Under the pieces are notes generated by a model. The model had not been told where the DNA came from and searched no databases. It saw only the letters and a list, made by a program, of their open reading frames with translations. Shown here piece after piece: positions 1 to 8,214 of a stretch of DNA of 34,159 nt. Numbering within the stretch: position 1 is the first letter of the stretch; each line of letters starts with the position of its first letter. This DNA is from Clostridia bacterium (GTDB lineage Bacteria; Bacillota; Clostridia; TANB77; UBA1234), in contig CAADXZ010000119.1 in assembly GCA_900753135.1 (NCBI GenBank), forward strand, positions 1 to 34,159, in the 5' to 3' direction. Position numbers and translations under genes: made by a program.

Positions 1-160
1 ACAAGAAAGATGAAAATCTTCGATTTTCATTCTTTCGACCCTCGAGAGTTTTCGACTGAAAGGAAGAAAATCTCTCGCATAAATTAAAGTTTTTTTATAC
101 AATAGGAAAGAAAATTAATACATAAAAAGTTGCAAATTTGTTACTTTCCTGTTGTATAAA
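1..160 (+). repeat. Intergenic structured repeat, copy 1. Module A is 1..83 (two bulged hairpins) and module B is 86..160. It may be truncated by the window edge.
   Basis: Module A is 81/83 identical to 21448..21530. Hairpin 1 pairs 5..18 with 22..36 (14 bp, 1 bulge, 3-nt loop). Hairpin 2 pairs 43..53 with 66..77 (11 bp, 1 bulge, 12-nt loop). By hand alignment, module B is about 80-85% identical to 2264..2336. Confidence 0.8.
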
Positions 161-199
161 AAATATCATATAGCATAATTTTTATAAGCTATATGATAC
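158..199 (-). terminator. Rho-independent terminator of topB
   Basis: A perfect 11-bp inverted repeat (tatcatatagc 164..174 / gctatatgata 188..198) starts 5 nt after the topB stop. It is followed on the minus strand by a T6 tract (complement of 158..163). Confidence 0.75.
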
Positions 200-203
200 A
201 TAT

Positions 204-2129
204 TTAATATCCTTTTACTTTATGTACTTTATTTATAATATACTTTTCAAGTTTATTTAAGAACACATCTTTTTCAATTTCTTTTTTTGCAACCATATCT
301 AGACCCTTTTCCCAGCTTGCCGTAAGTTGTGGATTTAGCATATCTGGTATGGTAAATCTAACAACTTTATATACTAATTCTCCTTTTGGATTTGGAGTTA
401 ATACTTGTGTTTTTTGATTTATATCTATGTATGATATTCTATTTAATTTCTTTATTATTTCAGCACGGGTCGCACTCGTTCCGATTCCGCACCCCTTAAT
501 TTGCTCTCTTAATCTCTCATCTTCAATAAGCTTTCCTGCATTCTCCATTGCAAGAATTATAGAGCCTGAGGTGTATCTACTTGGTGGTGTTGTTTCGCCC
601 TCTTTTATAATTATATCATCTATTGTAAGCTTTTGTCCTTTTTTCATCTTGCTTAAAGCATCACTAGCAGTTGTATCTGTATTATCATTTTTATCAACTT
701 TGACAACTTCTAAGTAACCTATTTTAGTACAAACCCTAGAATTCGAATAAAACTTCTGTCCAGCTATATCAACAGTAACAGCAAGCTTAAGAAATTCAGC
801 TGGTGGGAAAAATATACTAAGGAATCTTTTTACAATTAATTTATATATATCTTTTTGCATATCAGATAGCGAATCTAGATTTTCAAATCCTTGCCCTGTT
901 GGTGTTAATGCATAGTGGTCTGTAATTTTAGAATCATCCACATACTTACTCTTTACTATATCTAGATTATATTTGTTTTCTATCATTTTGTTTAGCAAAT
1001 TTTGTATCTCATCATCTTTATACCCTTTAGCAAGTCCATTAAGATTCTTTTTAATTTCTTTTGCAACAGCAGTAGAAAGCACTCTTGCATCAGTTCTGGG
1101 ATATGTAACAAGTTTTTTTTCATACAACAGCTGTATAATTTCAAGAGTTTGGTCTGGTGATATCTTGAATTTTTTACTACACTCATTTTGAATTTCTGCC
1201 AAATTATACAAAAGAGGAGCATTTTCTTTTTGAGTTTTTTTAGTAAATTCAAGTACTGTCGCCTCCGCATTTGAATCTTTTAATGTCTTTATAAAAGAAA
1301 TTGCATCTCCTTCATTCTTAAAACCGACATCATTATATATCAAATCTTTATCTATGGCCAATTTCACTATATCTAAGTTATTAGGATTGTCTTTTTCACA
1401 TTTCCACTCTGCTGTTATTCCTTCTTTAAATATGGATTGTATTTTATAAAATTTAGATTTTACAAAGTTTAAAATTTCATACTCTCGTTCTACAATCATT
1501 CCTAATACACAAGTCATAACTCTACCAACAGAAATTGAGGTTCTCTCTTCATTGTTGCGTTTTGCTACTTCTTTTCCATATGATAGTGTAAGAAGTCTTG
1601 AAAAATTAATACCTATTAAATAGTCCTCTTTAGCTCTTAGATATGCACTATCAGACAAAGAATCATATTCAGATAAATCTTTAGCATTCTTTATTCCATT
1701 CAATATTTCCTCTTCCGTTTGAGAGTCAATCCAAACTCTCTTTTTTTCTTTACCTTGCACTCCGATCATCTGATCTACTAATCTATATATATATTCTCCT
1801 TCTCTACCAGAGTCTGTGCAAACATATATTGTATCTACATCATCTGAAAGAAGTAAATTTTTAACTATATCAAATTGAGATTTGACACTCTCTATTACTT
1901 CATATTTCCAATCTGTTGGAATAAATGGCAATGTATCGTATCTCCATGCTTTATATTTTTCATCATAAACTTCTGGATAACTCATGGTAACTAAGTGACC
2001 AACGCACCAAGTTATAACATAATCTGGTGATTCCAAATATCCATTTTTTCTGGTTGTATTAACTTTTAGTGCTTTTGCAAACTCCATTGCTACACTTGGC
2101 TTTTCCGTAATTAAAAGTTTCTTTGCCAT
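204..2129 (-). CDS. topB: DNA topoisomerase III (type IA)
   Basis: The 641-aa ORF has a Toprim N-terminus (MAKKLLITEKPSV), the acidic motif CTDSGREGE and the type IA catalytic tyrosine context LVTYPRTDARVL. There are no C-terminal zinc ribbons. An AAAGGA RBS precedes the ATG. Confidence 0.9.
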   Translation of the reverse strand: MAKKLLITEKPSVAMEFAKALKVNTTRKNGYLESPDYVITWCVGHLVTMSYPEVYDEKYKAWRYDTLPFIPTDWKYEVIESVKSQFDIVKNLLLSDDVDTIYVCTDSGREGEYIYRLVDQMIGVQGKEKKRVWIDSQTEEEILNGIKNAKDLSEYDSLSDSAYLRAKEDYLIGINFSRLLTLSYGKEVAKRNNEERTSISVGRVMTCVLGMIVEREYEILNFVKSKFYKIQSIFKEGITAEWKCEKDNPNNLDIVKLAIDKDLIYNDVGFKNEGDAISFIKTLKDSNAEATVLEFTKKTQKENAPLLYNLAEIQNECSKKFKISPDQTLEIIQLLYEKKLVTYPRTDARVLSTAVAKEIKKNLNGLAKGYKDDEIQNLLNKMIENKYNLDIVKSKYVDDSKITDHYALTPTGQGFENLDSLSDMQKDIYKLIVKRFLSIFFPPAEFLKLAVTVDIAGQKFYSNSRVCTKIGYLEVVKVDKNDNTDTTASDALSKMKKGQKLTIDDIIIKEGETTPPSRYTSGSIILAMENAGKLIEDERLREQIKGCGIGTSATRAEIIKKLNRISYIDINQKTQVLTPNPKGELVYKVVRFTIPDMLNPQLTASWEKGLDMVAKKEIEKDVFLNKLEKYIINKVHKVKGY

Positions 2130-2161
2130 GTACCTTATCCTTTCATAAAATTGTATTAGAC

Positions 2162-2190
2162 ATTATATATCAATTAGAAATTATAAGCAA
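2162..2190 (-). promoter_or_regulatory. Putative sigmaA promoter of topB
   Basis: The minus strand reads TTGCTT (2190..2185), N17, TATAAT (2167..2162), about 30 nt upstream of the topB ATG. The -35 box overlaps the left end of repeat copy 2. Confidence 0.5.
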
Positions 2191-2336
2191 GAAATATGAA
2201 AATCTCTTGTACCAAAAAGCTGAAAATCTTCGACTGATAGGAAGATAATCTCTTTCACAAATCAAAGTTTTACATAATAATGAAGAAAATCAATGCATAA
2301 AAAGTTGTAATTTTTTTACTTTCCTATTACATAAAA
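2188..2336 (+). repeat. Intergenic structured repeat, copy 2. Module A is degenerate and module B is well conserved.
   Basis: 2221..2263 aligns to 49..89 of copy 1 at about 82%. 2264..2336 aligns to module B of copy 1. The motif tgaaaatcttcga occurs at 11..23 and 2221..2233, and gaaaatctct at 66..75 and 2198..2207. The right arm of hairpin 1 and the left arm of hairpin 2 are lost. Confidence 0.7.
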
Positions 2337-2362
2337 AAAGAGCTACTTTTCAAGTAGCTCTT
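2331..2362 (-). terminator. Rho-independent terminator of the GC-rich ORF
   Basis: The stem pairs gagctact (2340..2347) with agtagctc (2353..2360) around a 5-nt loop. On the minus strand it is followed by a T7-8 tract (complement of 2332..2339) and begins about 10 nt after the stop at 2372. Confidence 0.8.
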
Positions 2363-2371
2363 CCTTGTACA

Positions 2372-3037
2372 TTAACGTGCACAAAACGTCTTGTCATTCC
2401 TCTCGGCTTTCCAAGTCGGAACAGAGATATACACCTCATTCCCTGCAATGAAGCCGATCGGTCGGGAAGGAACAAAAGCAAGCTTTTCACTAACTTGCTG
2501 TCCAACAAATTCACCCCTGTTCAAATGGGGCTTCACTTCGCGGACAAAGTCAGCGGCTTTCTTAAAGATGTGCAAGTTCACATCTTCGCCCAAGTTGACC
2601 TTATTTGCGATTTCTTCGCCAAAAGGCACATTTCTTGCTTCGGCCCAGTTCACGAAACTCCGCATACGAAGCTTCGCAACATCTTCCTTAGTGACAAAGT
2701 ATAGAAAAAGAACGTAGGGATGTCCCCAGTCAGTAGTGCTCTTCTCGAGTTTATACTCAAGAATTACATTACCACAGTCTACGACTTCCGGATTTTTAGC
2801 TCGGTGCGTCGTAACGCCAACAGAACCGTCAATTTCAGGTTGGATAGTCAAATCAGCGACCTTTTCAATGACTTCCGTGGGCAGGGATACAGAAAATTTC
2901 TCAGCACACCCAGAAATCCTCTGCATAATCGCCAGGCGTTTCTTCTCTCTCCGCTGCTGCATCTCTTTATTCTCAGAATTGAGAATCTCATCAAAAGTGA
3001 CCATGTTGTTTTCAAACTTGTTGTTAGATTCCATCAT
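2372..3037 (-). CDS. Hypothetical protein (221 aa) in a compositionally foreign single-gene cassette
   Basis: This is a long ORF with RBS AAGGGAG (3049..3043) 5 nt upstream of ATGATG (3037..3032); the TTG at 3052 in the ORF track is probably not the start. It has its own promoter and terminator. G+C is 57/120 in 2401..2520, against 14/60 in murG (3241..3300) and 14/60 in topB (241..300). It uses CCG, GGC and CGA codons. I recognise no family motif. Confidence 0.75.
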   Translation of the reverse strand: MMESNNKFENNMVTFDEILNSENKEMQQRREKKRLAIMQRISGCAEKFSVSLPTEVIEKVADLTIQPEIDGSVGVTTHRAKNPEVVDCGNVILEYKLEKSTTDWGHPYVLFLYFVTKEDVAKLRMRSFVNWAEARNVPFGEEIANKVNLGEDVNLHIFKKAADFVREVKPHLNRGEFVGQQVSEKLAFVPSRPIGFIAGNEVYISVPTWKAERNDKTFCAR

Positions 3038-3140
3038 GCATTCTCCCTTCAAAACCTCTTCAAAAAGTTACAAAGCAGCATGCCGAGAGATAAAAGGTAA
3101 ATATACCTTCCCTTCTGTCAAATTTCCCTCGAACAATATT

Positions 3141-3169
3141 ATGATAGCATATTTTACATAATATGTCAA
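3141..3169 (-). promoter_or_regulatory. Putative sigmaA promoter of the GC-rich ORF
   Basis: The minus strand reads TTGACA (3169..3164), N17, TATCAT (3146..3141), about 100 nt upstream of the ATG. Confidence 0.55.
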
Positions 3170-3189
3170 CGCTTAGCACTATTATTTTT

Positions 3190-4263
3190 TTAGTACTTTA
3201 TTATTTTTTCTATTTCACACATTATCTTTTCAATTGCACCTTTCATTTCATTTTTCTTTGCATGAATAGACATTTCTCCTAACATATCTTTATTAGTTAT
3301 TAATAAATCTATCTGTTTTTTTAAATTTTCATACGTTAAGTCTTTTTCTTCTATTATGATGCCTGCTCCACTATCTGAAATAGTTTTTGCGTTATAATAT
3401 TGATGATTTTCTGCAGCATATGGAAATGGTATTAATATAGCTGGAAGTCCAACTATGCCAAGCTCTGTAACTGTAAGTGCTCCGCTTCGGCAAACGGCTA
3501 AATCAGCTGCAGACATAACCTCCTCCATATTATATATATACTTTTCTATTTTTATGCTTGAAGTATTATTAGATATTTTACTAATTATCTCATCATAATT
3601 TTTAGGACCTGTTGCATATATTATATTATATTCATCATCTTTGAAGTTATTTATCAGTTCAATCATAACTTCATTAATTTTCTTAGCCCCTTGACTTCCG
3701 CCAAAAACAAGCACCATTGGTTTTTCAATTCCAAGTTTGTTTTTACACTCGTTTTTTGAAAGACTATCTTGAAGTTTGGTTGGATTACCAGTAAATACAA
3801 TATGTTTTGCATCTGGCAGTCTCTCAATTGCTTCCTTGAATCCAACGGCAACTACATCAACTTTAGAAGCGAGTAGTTTTGTTGTTTTTCCCGGTAATGC
3901 GTTGCTTTCATGTATTAATGTTGGTATTTTCAAACGCAAAGCTGCTATCATTGCTGGTGCGGTTACATATCCACCAGTTCCAACAACTAAATCTATCTTT
4001 TCTTCTTTTATTATTTTCTTTACTTCTGATATTCCTTTTATAAGTTCAATACCAGCTCGTACTTTTGCCTTTATTCCACTTGTTAGACCTCTAGCATGAA
4101 TGTATCTTAACTCAAATCCTGCTTTTGGGACCAAATCTACTTCCATCCCACCAGTTGTTCCAACAAATATAACATTGTTTCCTTCTTCTTTCAACTTATT
4201 TGCAATTGCGAGTCCTGGAGTTATGTGACCTCCAGTTCCACCTGCAGCAACAAGAACTTTCAT
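3190..4263 (-). CDS. murG: UDP-N-acetylglucosamine--N-acetylmuramyl-(pentapeptide) pyrophosphoryl-undecaprenol GlcNAc transferase
   Basis: The 357-aa ORF has the GT28 N-terminal G-loop MKVLVAAGGTGGHITPG and the C-terminal nucleotide-sugar half (FGGSQGA, RSGALTVTEL). A GAGGTGAG RBS is present. Confidence 0.9.
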   Translation of the reverse strand: MKVLVAAGGTGGHITPGLAIANKLKEEGNNVIFVGTTGGMEVDLVPKAGFELRYIHARGLTSGIKAKVRAGIELIKGISEVKKIIKEEKIDLVVGTGGYVTAPAMIAALRLKIPTLIHESNALPGKTTKLLASKVDVVAVGFKEAIERLPDAKHIVFTGNPTKLQDSLSKNECKNKLGIEKPMVLVFGGSQGAKKINEVMIELINNFKDDEYNIIYATGPKNYDEIISKISNNTSSIKIEKYIYNMEEVMSAADLAVCRSGALTVTELGIVGLPAILIPFPYAAENHQYYNAKTISDSGAGIIIEEKDLTYENLKKQIDLLITNKDMLGEMSIHAKKNEMKGAIEKIMCEIEKIIKY

Positions 4264-4341
4264 TACAATCTCACCTCATAATTACAATATGTTTTTTTAC
4301 ATTAAATTGTGTGTTTATTTCTGGTTTTATAAGTTTAAAGT

Positions 4342-6417
4342 CTATTCTTTTGCCTCTTTTGATGTGCTTTTTCTTGAAGTTTTAACTGCTTTAGTTTTTT
4401 TAGCGGTTCTTGTTTTCTTGCTTTTTTCTTTAGAAACTTTTAATTCAGCTTGCTTTATTACTCCATTTTTATCTGGTCCATTCCATGCAATAAAATCGCA
4501 TGAACTTTCTGCACCTTTGTTATTTTCACAGATATAATATTTCTTTCCACGCTTACTTTTCTTTATTAAAATATCTCCACCACATTTTGGACATTTTATA
4601 TCCAATTTTTCAACTATTGGTTTTATATTTCTGCATTCTGGAAAACCTGGACATGCCATAAACTTTCCATATTTACCAACTTTTATAACCATTTTTCTTC
4701 CACACTTTTCACATGGAATATCGGTTTCTTCATCTTTAATTACAACTTTATCCATTTCTTTTTCAACAATCGCTAAATTCTCAGAAAATGGCTTGTAAAA
4801 ATCAGCAACTACGGTTTTCCAATTTTTTTCTCCATCAGCAACTTCATCAAGTTTTTCTTCCATCTGTGCTGTAAACTCTAAATCCACAATATCTTTAAAG
4901 TATTCTTTCATTATTCCATTTACAATTCTACCAAGTTCTGTTGGGTAAAGAATCTTCTTTTCTTTTTCAATGTACCTTCTATCTAGTATGGTTGTTATTG
5001 TAGGTGCATAAGTACTTGGGCGTCCAATCTTTTTTTCTTCTAATGCCTTTACTAAACTAGCCTCTGTGTATCTTGCTGGTGGCTCTGTAAAATGTTGAGA
5101 AGGAATTAATTCATTTAATTTTAGTTTTTGTCCCACTTCTAATTTTGGTAGAACAACATCCTTTTCTTCCAATTCATCATCATTGCCTTCTACATATAAA
5201 GTCATAAAGCCAGAAAATCTTATTTTTAATCCATTAGCTTTGAAAGTATACTTTCCAACCTTTATATCCACCTGCATTGTATCATATACAGCAGATGCCA
5301 TTTGAGATGCAAGTAATCTATCATATATAAGCTTATATAACTTGTACTGATCATTTGTGTATTTTTCTTTTACTTCTGATGGCATCATTTCTAAGTGAGT
5401 AGGTCTAATTGCTTCGTGTGCATCTTGAACACCTTTTTTAGTCTTGTAATATCTGTTTTCATAATATTGTTCGCCATATAGCTTAAGTATCTGTTCTTTA
5501 GCCATGCTACGAGCTTCATCAGATATTCTAGTTGAGTCCGTTCTCATATATGTTATGAGACCACTCTCATATAATCCTTGTGCTATTGACATTGTTCTCT
5601 TAATAGCAAATCCAAGCTTTCTAGATGCTTCTTGTTGAAGTGTGCTTGTTGTAAATGGTGGAGCAGGATTTCTTTTCTTTTCTCCGCTTTTTATAGAATC
5701 AACAATGTATTCTTCTCCTTCTATATCTTTTAATATTTTGTTTATCTCTTTTTCAGACTTTATATCAATCTTTTTACTATCACCATAAAAATGTGAAACG
5801 AAGTTTTTTCTTGATTTTGTATCTTTAAGATCTGCATCAAGTGTCCAGTATTCTTCTGGAACAAACTTTTCAATTTCTTCTTCTCTATCAACCACCATTC
5901 TGACAGCAACTGATTGAACACGTCCAGCAGATAGCCCTCTTTTTACTTTTTTCCAAAGAAGCGGACTAATTTTATATCCAACAAATCTATCTAATACTCT
6001 TCTCGCCTGCTGTGCATTAATTAAATTCATATCTAACTTTCTTGGATTCTTAATTGCTTCTTTAATACCATTACTTGTTATCTCATTAAACGCAATTCTA
6101 CAATCAGAATTTTCATCTATTCCTAATATATACGCTAAATGCCAAGCTATTGCCTCACCCTCACGATCAGGGTCAGTTGCAAGATAAACTTTTTTTACAT
6201 TTTTTGAGTCTGTTTTAAGTTTCTTTATTAAATTAGCTTTGCCCCTTATATTTATATATTTAGGTTCAAAATTATTTTCGACATCTACACCAATTTGAGA
6301 TTTTGGAAGATCCCTTATATGCCCCATTGATGCTTCAATCTTATATTTACTTCCTAAAATCCTTTTAATAGTGGTCGCCTTTGCAGGTGACTCCACTATA
6401 ACTAAATATTCAGCCAT
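4342..6417 (-). CDS. topA: DNA topoisomerase I
   Basis: The 691-aa ORF has Toprim motifs (VIVESPAKA, DPDREGE), the catalytic Tyr context ITYMRTDS, two C-terminal Cys4 zinc ribbons (CEKCGRKM..CPGFPEC and CPKCGG..) and a Lys-rich tail. Confidence 0.95.
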   Translation of the reverse strand: MAEYLVIVESPAKATTIKRILGSKYKIEASMGHIRDLPKSQIGVDVENNFEPKYINIRGKANLIKKLKTDSKNVKKVYLATDPDREGEAIAWHLAYILGIDENSDCRIAFNEITSNGIKEAIKNPRKLDMNLINAQQARRVLDRFVGYKISPLLWKKVKRGLSAGRVQSVAVRMVVDREEEIEKFVPEEYWTLDADLKDTKSRKNFVSHFYGDSKKIDIKSEKEINKILKDIEGEEYIVDSIKSGEKKRNPAPPFTTSTLQQEASRKLGFAIKRTMSIAQGLYESGLITYMRTDSTRISDEARSMAKEQILKLYGEQYYENRYYKTKKGVQDAHEAIRPTHLEMMPSEVKEKYTNDQYKLYKLIYDRLLASQMASAVYDTMQVDIKVGKYTFKANGLKIRFSGFMTLYVEGNDDELEEKDVVLPKLEVGQKLKLNELIPSQHFTEPPARYTEASLVKALEEKKIGRPSTYAPTITTILDRRYIEKEKKILYPTELGRIVNGIMKEYFKDIVDLEFTAQMEEKLDEVADGEKNWKTVVADFYKPFSENLAIVEKEMDKVVIKDEETDIPCEKCGRKMVIKVGKYGKFMACPGFPECRNIKPIVEKLDIKCPKCGGDILIKKSKRGKKYYICENNKGAESSCDFIAWNGPDKNGVIKQAELKVSKEKSKKTRTAKKTKAVKTSRKSTSKEAKE

Positions 6418-6435
6418 CTTTATCTCCTTTTAATT

Positions 6436-7659
6436 TTAATAAAGTGGAAATCTTGATGTTAATTTCAAAACCTCTTTTCCTACCTTTTCTTCATCTTCTC
6501 CACTTAATGCCATATCAATAAGTCTTGCTATCTCTTTCATTTCATCTTCTTTCATTCCCCTAGTCGTCATTGCTGGAGTACCAATACGAATTCCACTTGT
6601 GATATTAGGCTTTTGTGTGTCAAAAGGAATTGCATTTTTATTTACAGTTATACCAACTCTATCTAATAATGCTTCTGCTTCTTTACCTGTAATGTTTTTG
6701 TTTGTTAAATCAACTAGCATCAAATGGTTGTCTGTTCCACCAGAAACTAGATTATATCCTCTATTAACTAATTCCTCTGACAATGCTTTTGCATTCTTAA
6801 TTATTTGCTTTTGATATTCTTTAAAATCATCCGTTAATGCTTCTTTGAAAGCAACCGCTTTTCCAGCAATCACGTGCATTAAAGGTCCACCTTGAATTCC
6901 AGGGAATAATGCTTTATCGATTGCCTTTGCATATTTTTCTTTACACAAAATCATTCCACCTCTTGGTCCACGAAGTGTTTTATGTGTTGTTGTTGTAACA
7001 AAATCTGAATAAGGTACTGGATTTGGATGAAGACCTGCAGCAACAAGTCCTGCTATATGTGCCATATCCACCATTAAATATGCACCAACCATATCTGCTA
7101 TTTTTCTAAATCTTTCAAAATCTATTATTCTAGGATATGCACTTGCACCAGCAACTATAATCTTAGGCTTACATTCAAGTGCAATTCTTTCTAACTCGTC
7201 ATAATCAATATATCCATTCTTATCTACACCATATGGTACAATGTTATATAGTTTTCCTGAAAAATTTACAGGACTTCCATGAGTTAGATGACCTCCATGT
7301 GCTAAGTTCATTCCCAATATCGTATCTCCTGGATTCAAAACAGAAAAATAAACTGTCATGTTAGCTTGAGCACCAGAGTGTGGTTGAACATTTGCATGTT
7401 CTGCTCCAAAAAGTTGTTTTGCACGATCTCTTGCTAAGTTTTCAGCAATATCAACATTCTCACATCCGCCATAGTATCTCTTACCCGGGTATCCTTCTGC
7501 ATACTTATTTGTAAATACGCTTCCCATAGCTTCCATTACAGCTTTACTTGTAAAGTTTTCTGAAGCAATTAATTCTATCTTTTCGTTTTGTCTTTTTTCT
7601 TCTTTCTTTATTGCCTCATAAATCTCGTTATCAACAATTTCTAATCTATCATTTATCAT
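6436..7659 (-). CDS. glyA: Serine hydroxymethyltransferase
   Basis: The 407-aa ORF carries the PLP-lysine motif [13 protein letters not shown] and SHMT-like sequence throughout. A GGAGGTG RBS is present. Only 18 nt separate its stop from the topA start, so the two are likely co-transcribed. Confidence 0.95.
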   Translation of the reverse strand: MINDRLEIVDNEIYEAIKKEEKRQNEKIELIASENFTSKAVMEAMGSVFTNKYAEGYPGKRYYGGCENVDIAENLARDRAKQLFGAEHANVQPHSGAQANMTVYFSVLNPGDTILGMNLAHGGHLTHGSPVNFSGKLYNIVPYGVDKNGYIDYDELERIALECKPKIIVAGASAYPRIIDFERFRKIADMVGAYLMVDMAHIAGLVAAGLHPNPVPYSDFVTTTTHKTLRGPRGGMILCKEKYAKAIDKALFPGIQGGPLMHVIAGKAVAFKEALTDDFKEYQKQIIKNAKALSEELVNRGYNLVSGGTDNHLMLVDLTNKNITGKEAEALLDRVGITVNKNAIPFDTQKPNITSGIRIGTPAMTTRGMKEDEMKEIARLIDMALSGEDEEKVGKEVLKLTSRFPLY

Positions 7660-7685
7660 AAAAAATGCACCTCCATCTCTTAAGT

Positions 7686-7714
7686 ATTATAACCATATTA
7701 GATGTATTATGCAA
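7686..7714 (-). promoter_or_regulatory. Putative sigmaA promoter of glyA-topA(-murG)
   Basis: The minus strand reads TTGCAT (7714..7709), N17, TATAAT (7691..7686), about 27 nt upstream of the glyA ATG. The leader is too short for a riboswitch. Confidence 0.6.
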
Positions 7715-7755
7715 GATTTGTTTTACGCAACATGACTTGCTAGATTTCTACCACC

Positions 7756-7797
7756 AAAAAGTTTTAGTGCTCACATTGAATGTGAGCACTAACTTTT
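7756..7797 (-). terminator. Rho-independent terminator of the 95-aa ORF
   Basis: The stem pairs tagtgctcaca (7765..7775) with tgtgagcacta (7781..7791) around a 5-nt loop. A minus-strand T5 tail follows (complement of 7756..7760). It starts right after the stop at 7799. Confidence 0.8.
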
Positions 7798-7798
7798 C

Positions 7799-8086
7799 TT
7801 AGGAAAGTATATCTAGAATTACATCTTTTAAATGAACTGGTAGAACACTATTTTCTTTAAGTATATTTCCAATTTCATTGATTTTCGAATTATCACATGT
7901 AACATTATTTATACTAGTGGATTCTATTATTCCTTTTTCTATTTTTTCAATTTCTATGCCATATGTAATTATCTTTTTGCCAAAGTCCTTATAAAACAGC
8001 TCCTGCTTTAAAATATAATACTTAAGTTCTATAATTCTACTATCAGTTACTTCTACGTCTTCTCCCCCGATGTAGAATCTAGCCAA
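7799..8086 (-). CDS. Small hypothetical protein (95 aa, TTG start)
   Basis: RBS AGGGGG lies 8 nt upstream of the TTG at 8086, and the gene has its own promoter and terminator. From memory it resembles small Clostridia-restricted DUF proteins with a YGIE core and a C-terminal V.P.HL.DV motif. That resemblance is unverified. Confidence 0.6.
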   Translation of the reverse strand: MARFYIGGEDVEVTDSRIIELKYYILKQELFYKDFGKKIITYGIEIEKIEKGIIESTSINNVTCDNSKINEIGNILKENSVLPVHLKDVILDILS

Positions 8087-8121
8087 CGCATTTACCCCCT
8101 TTTTCTTTTGTTATACTTCTA

Positions 8122-8151
8122 ATTATACGTTTATATCTTTCATTTATTCAA
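8122..8151 (-). promoter_or_regulatory. Putative sigmaA promoter of the 95-aa ORF
   Basis: The minus strand reads TTGAAT (8151..8146), N18, TATAAT (8127..8122). Confidence 0.5.
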
Positions 8152-8214
8152 GGAAAATGCATCGCAAAATGTGACATATATCGTCATCATATCTTTTTAA
8201 TATGTACTATCACT

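Noticed and set aside
1-83. Small ORFs lie inside repeat module A: a plus-strand 25-aa ORF (MKIFDFHSFDPREFSTERKKISRIN) and a minus-strand 17-aa ORF (MREIFFLSVENSRGSKE).
   Set aside because: Neither has a properly spaced RBS. In copy 3 the plus-strand ORF loses its stop and runs into the terminator, and in copy 2 it is not conserved. Conservation is better explained at the nucleotide or structure level.
96-156. A long hairpin in repeat module B of copy 1 (tatacaataggaaag / ctttcctgttgtata) could be a structured RNA.
   Set aside because: In copy 2 (2270..2333) the corresponding arms carry non-compensatory changes (4 mismatches), so the pairing is not conserved. Sequence is conserved (core cataaaaagttg.aa.ttt.ttactttcct) but structure is not.
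129-160. A promoter-like TTGCAA ... TATAAA lies in module B on the plus strand (TTGTAA ... CATAAA in copy 2) and might drive an antisense RNA into topB or ORF 2372..3037.
   Set aside because: The spacer is 19 nt, the -10 is poor in copy 2, and no downstream plus-strand gene or terminator defines a transcript. I kept it only as a note.
1-2336. The bulged hairpin repeats following each gene could be integron attC sites, making this a cassette array.
   Set aside because: No IntI-type integrase or attI is in the window. I could not find the R''/R' core sites (RYYYAAC / GTTRRRY) at the hairpin bases. topB has its own promoter and native composition.
2391-3161. Three plus-strand ORFs (108, 126 and 141 aa) lie opposite the GC-rich ORF and could be alternative genes or an antitoxin.
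   Set aside because: Higher GC lowers stop-codon frequency in all frames. The plus-strand translations are Ser/Cys/Phe-rich and unprotein-like, with no RBS. The promoter, RBS and terminator all fit the minus-strand ORF.
2268-3163. The 12-mer ttttacataata is shared by repeat copy 2 (2268..2279) and the right border/promoter of the GC-rich cassette (3152..3163). It could be a target-site duplication.
   Set aside because: No similarity extends beyond the 12-mer on either side. The sequence is pure AT-rich low-complexity. The left copy is about 60 nt outside the cassette terminator. The evidence is too weak.
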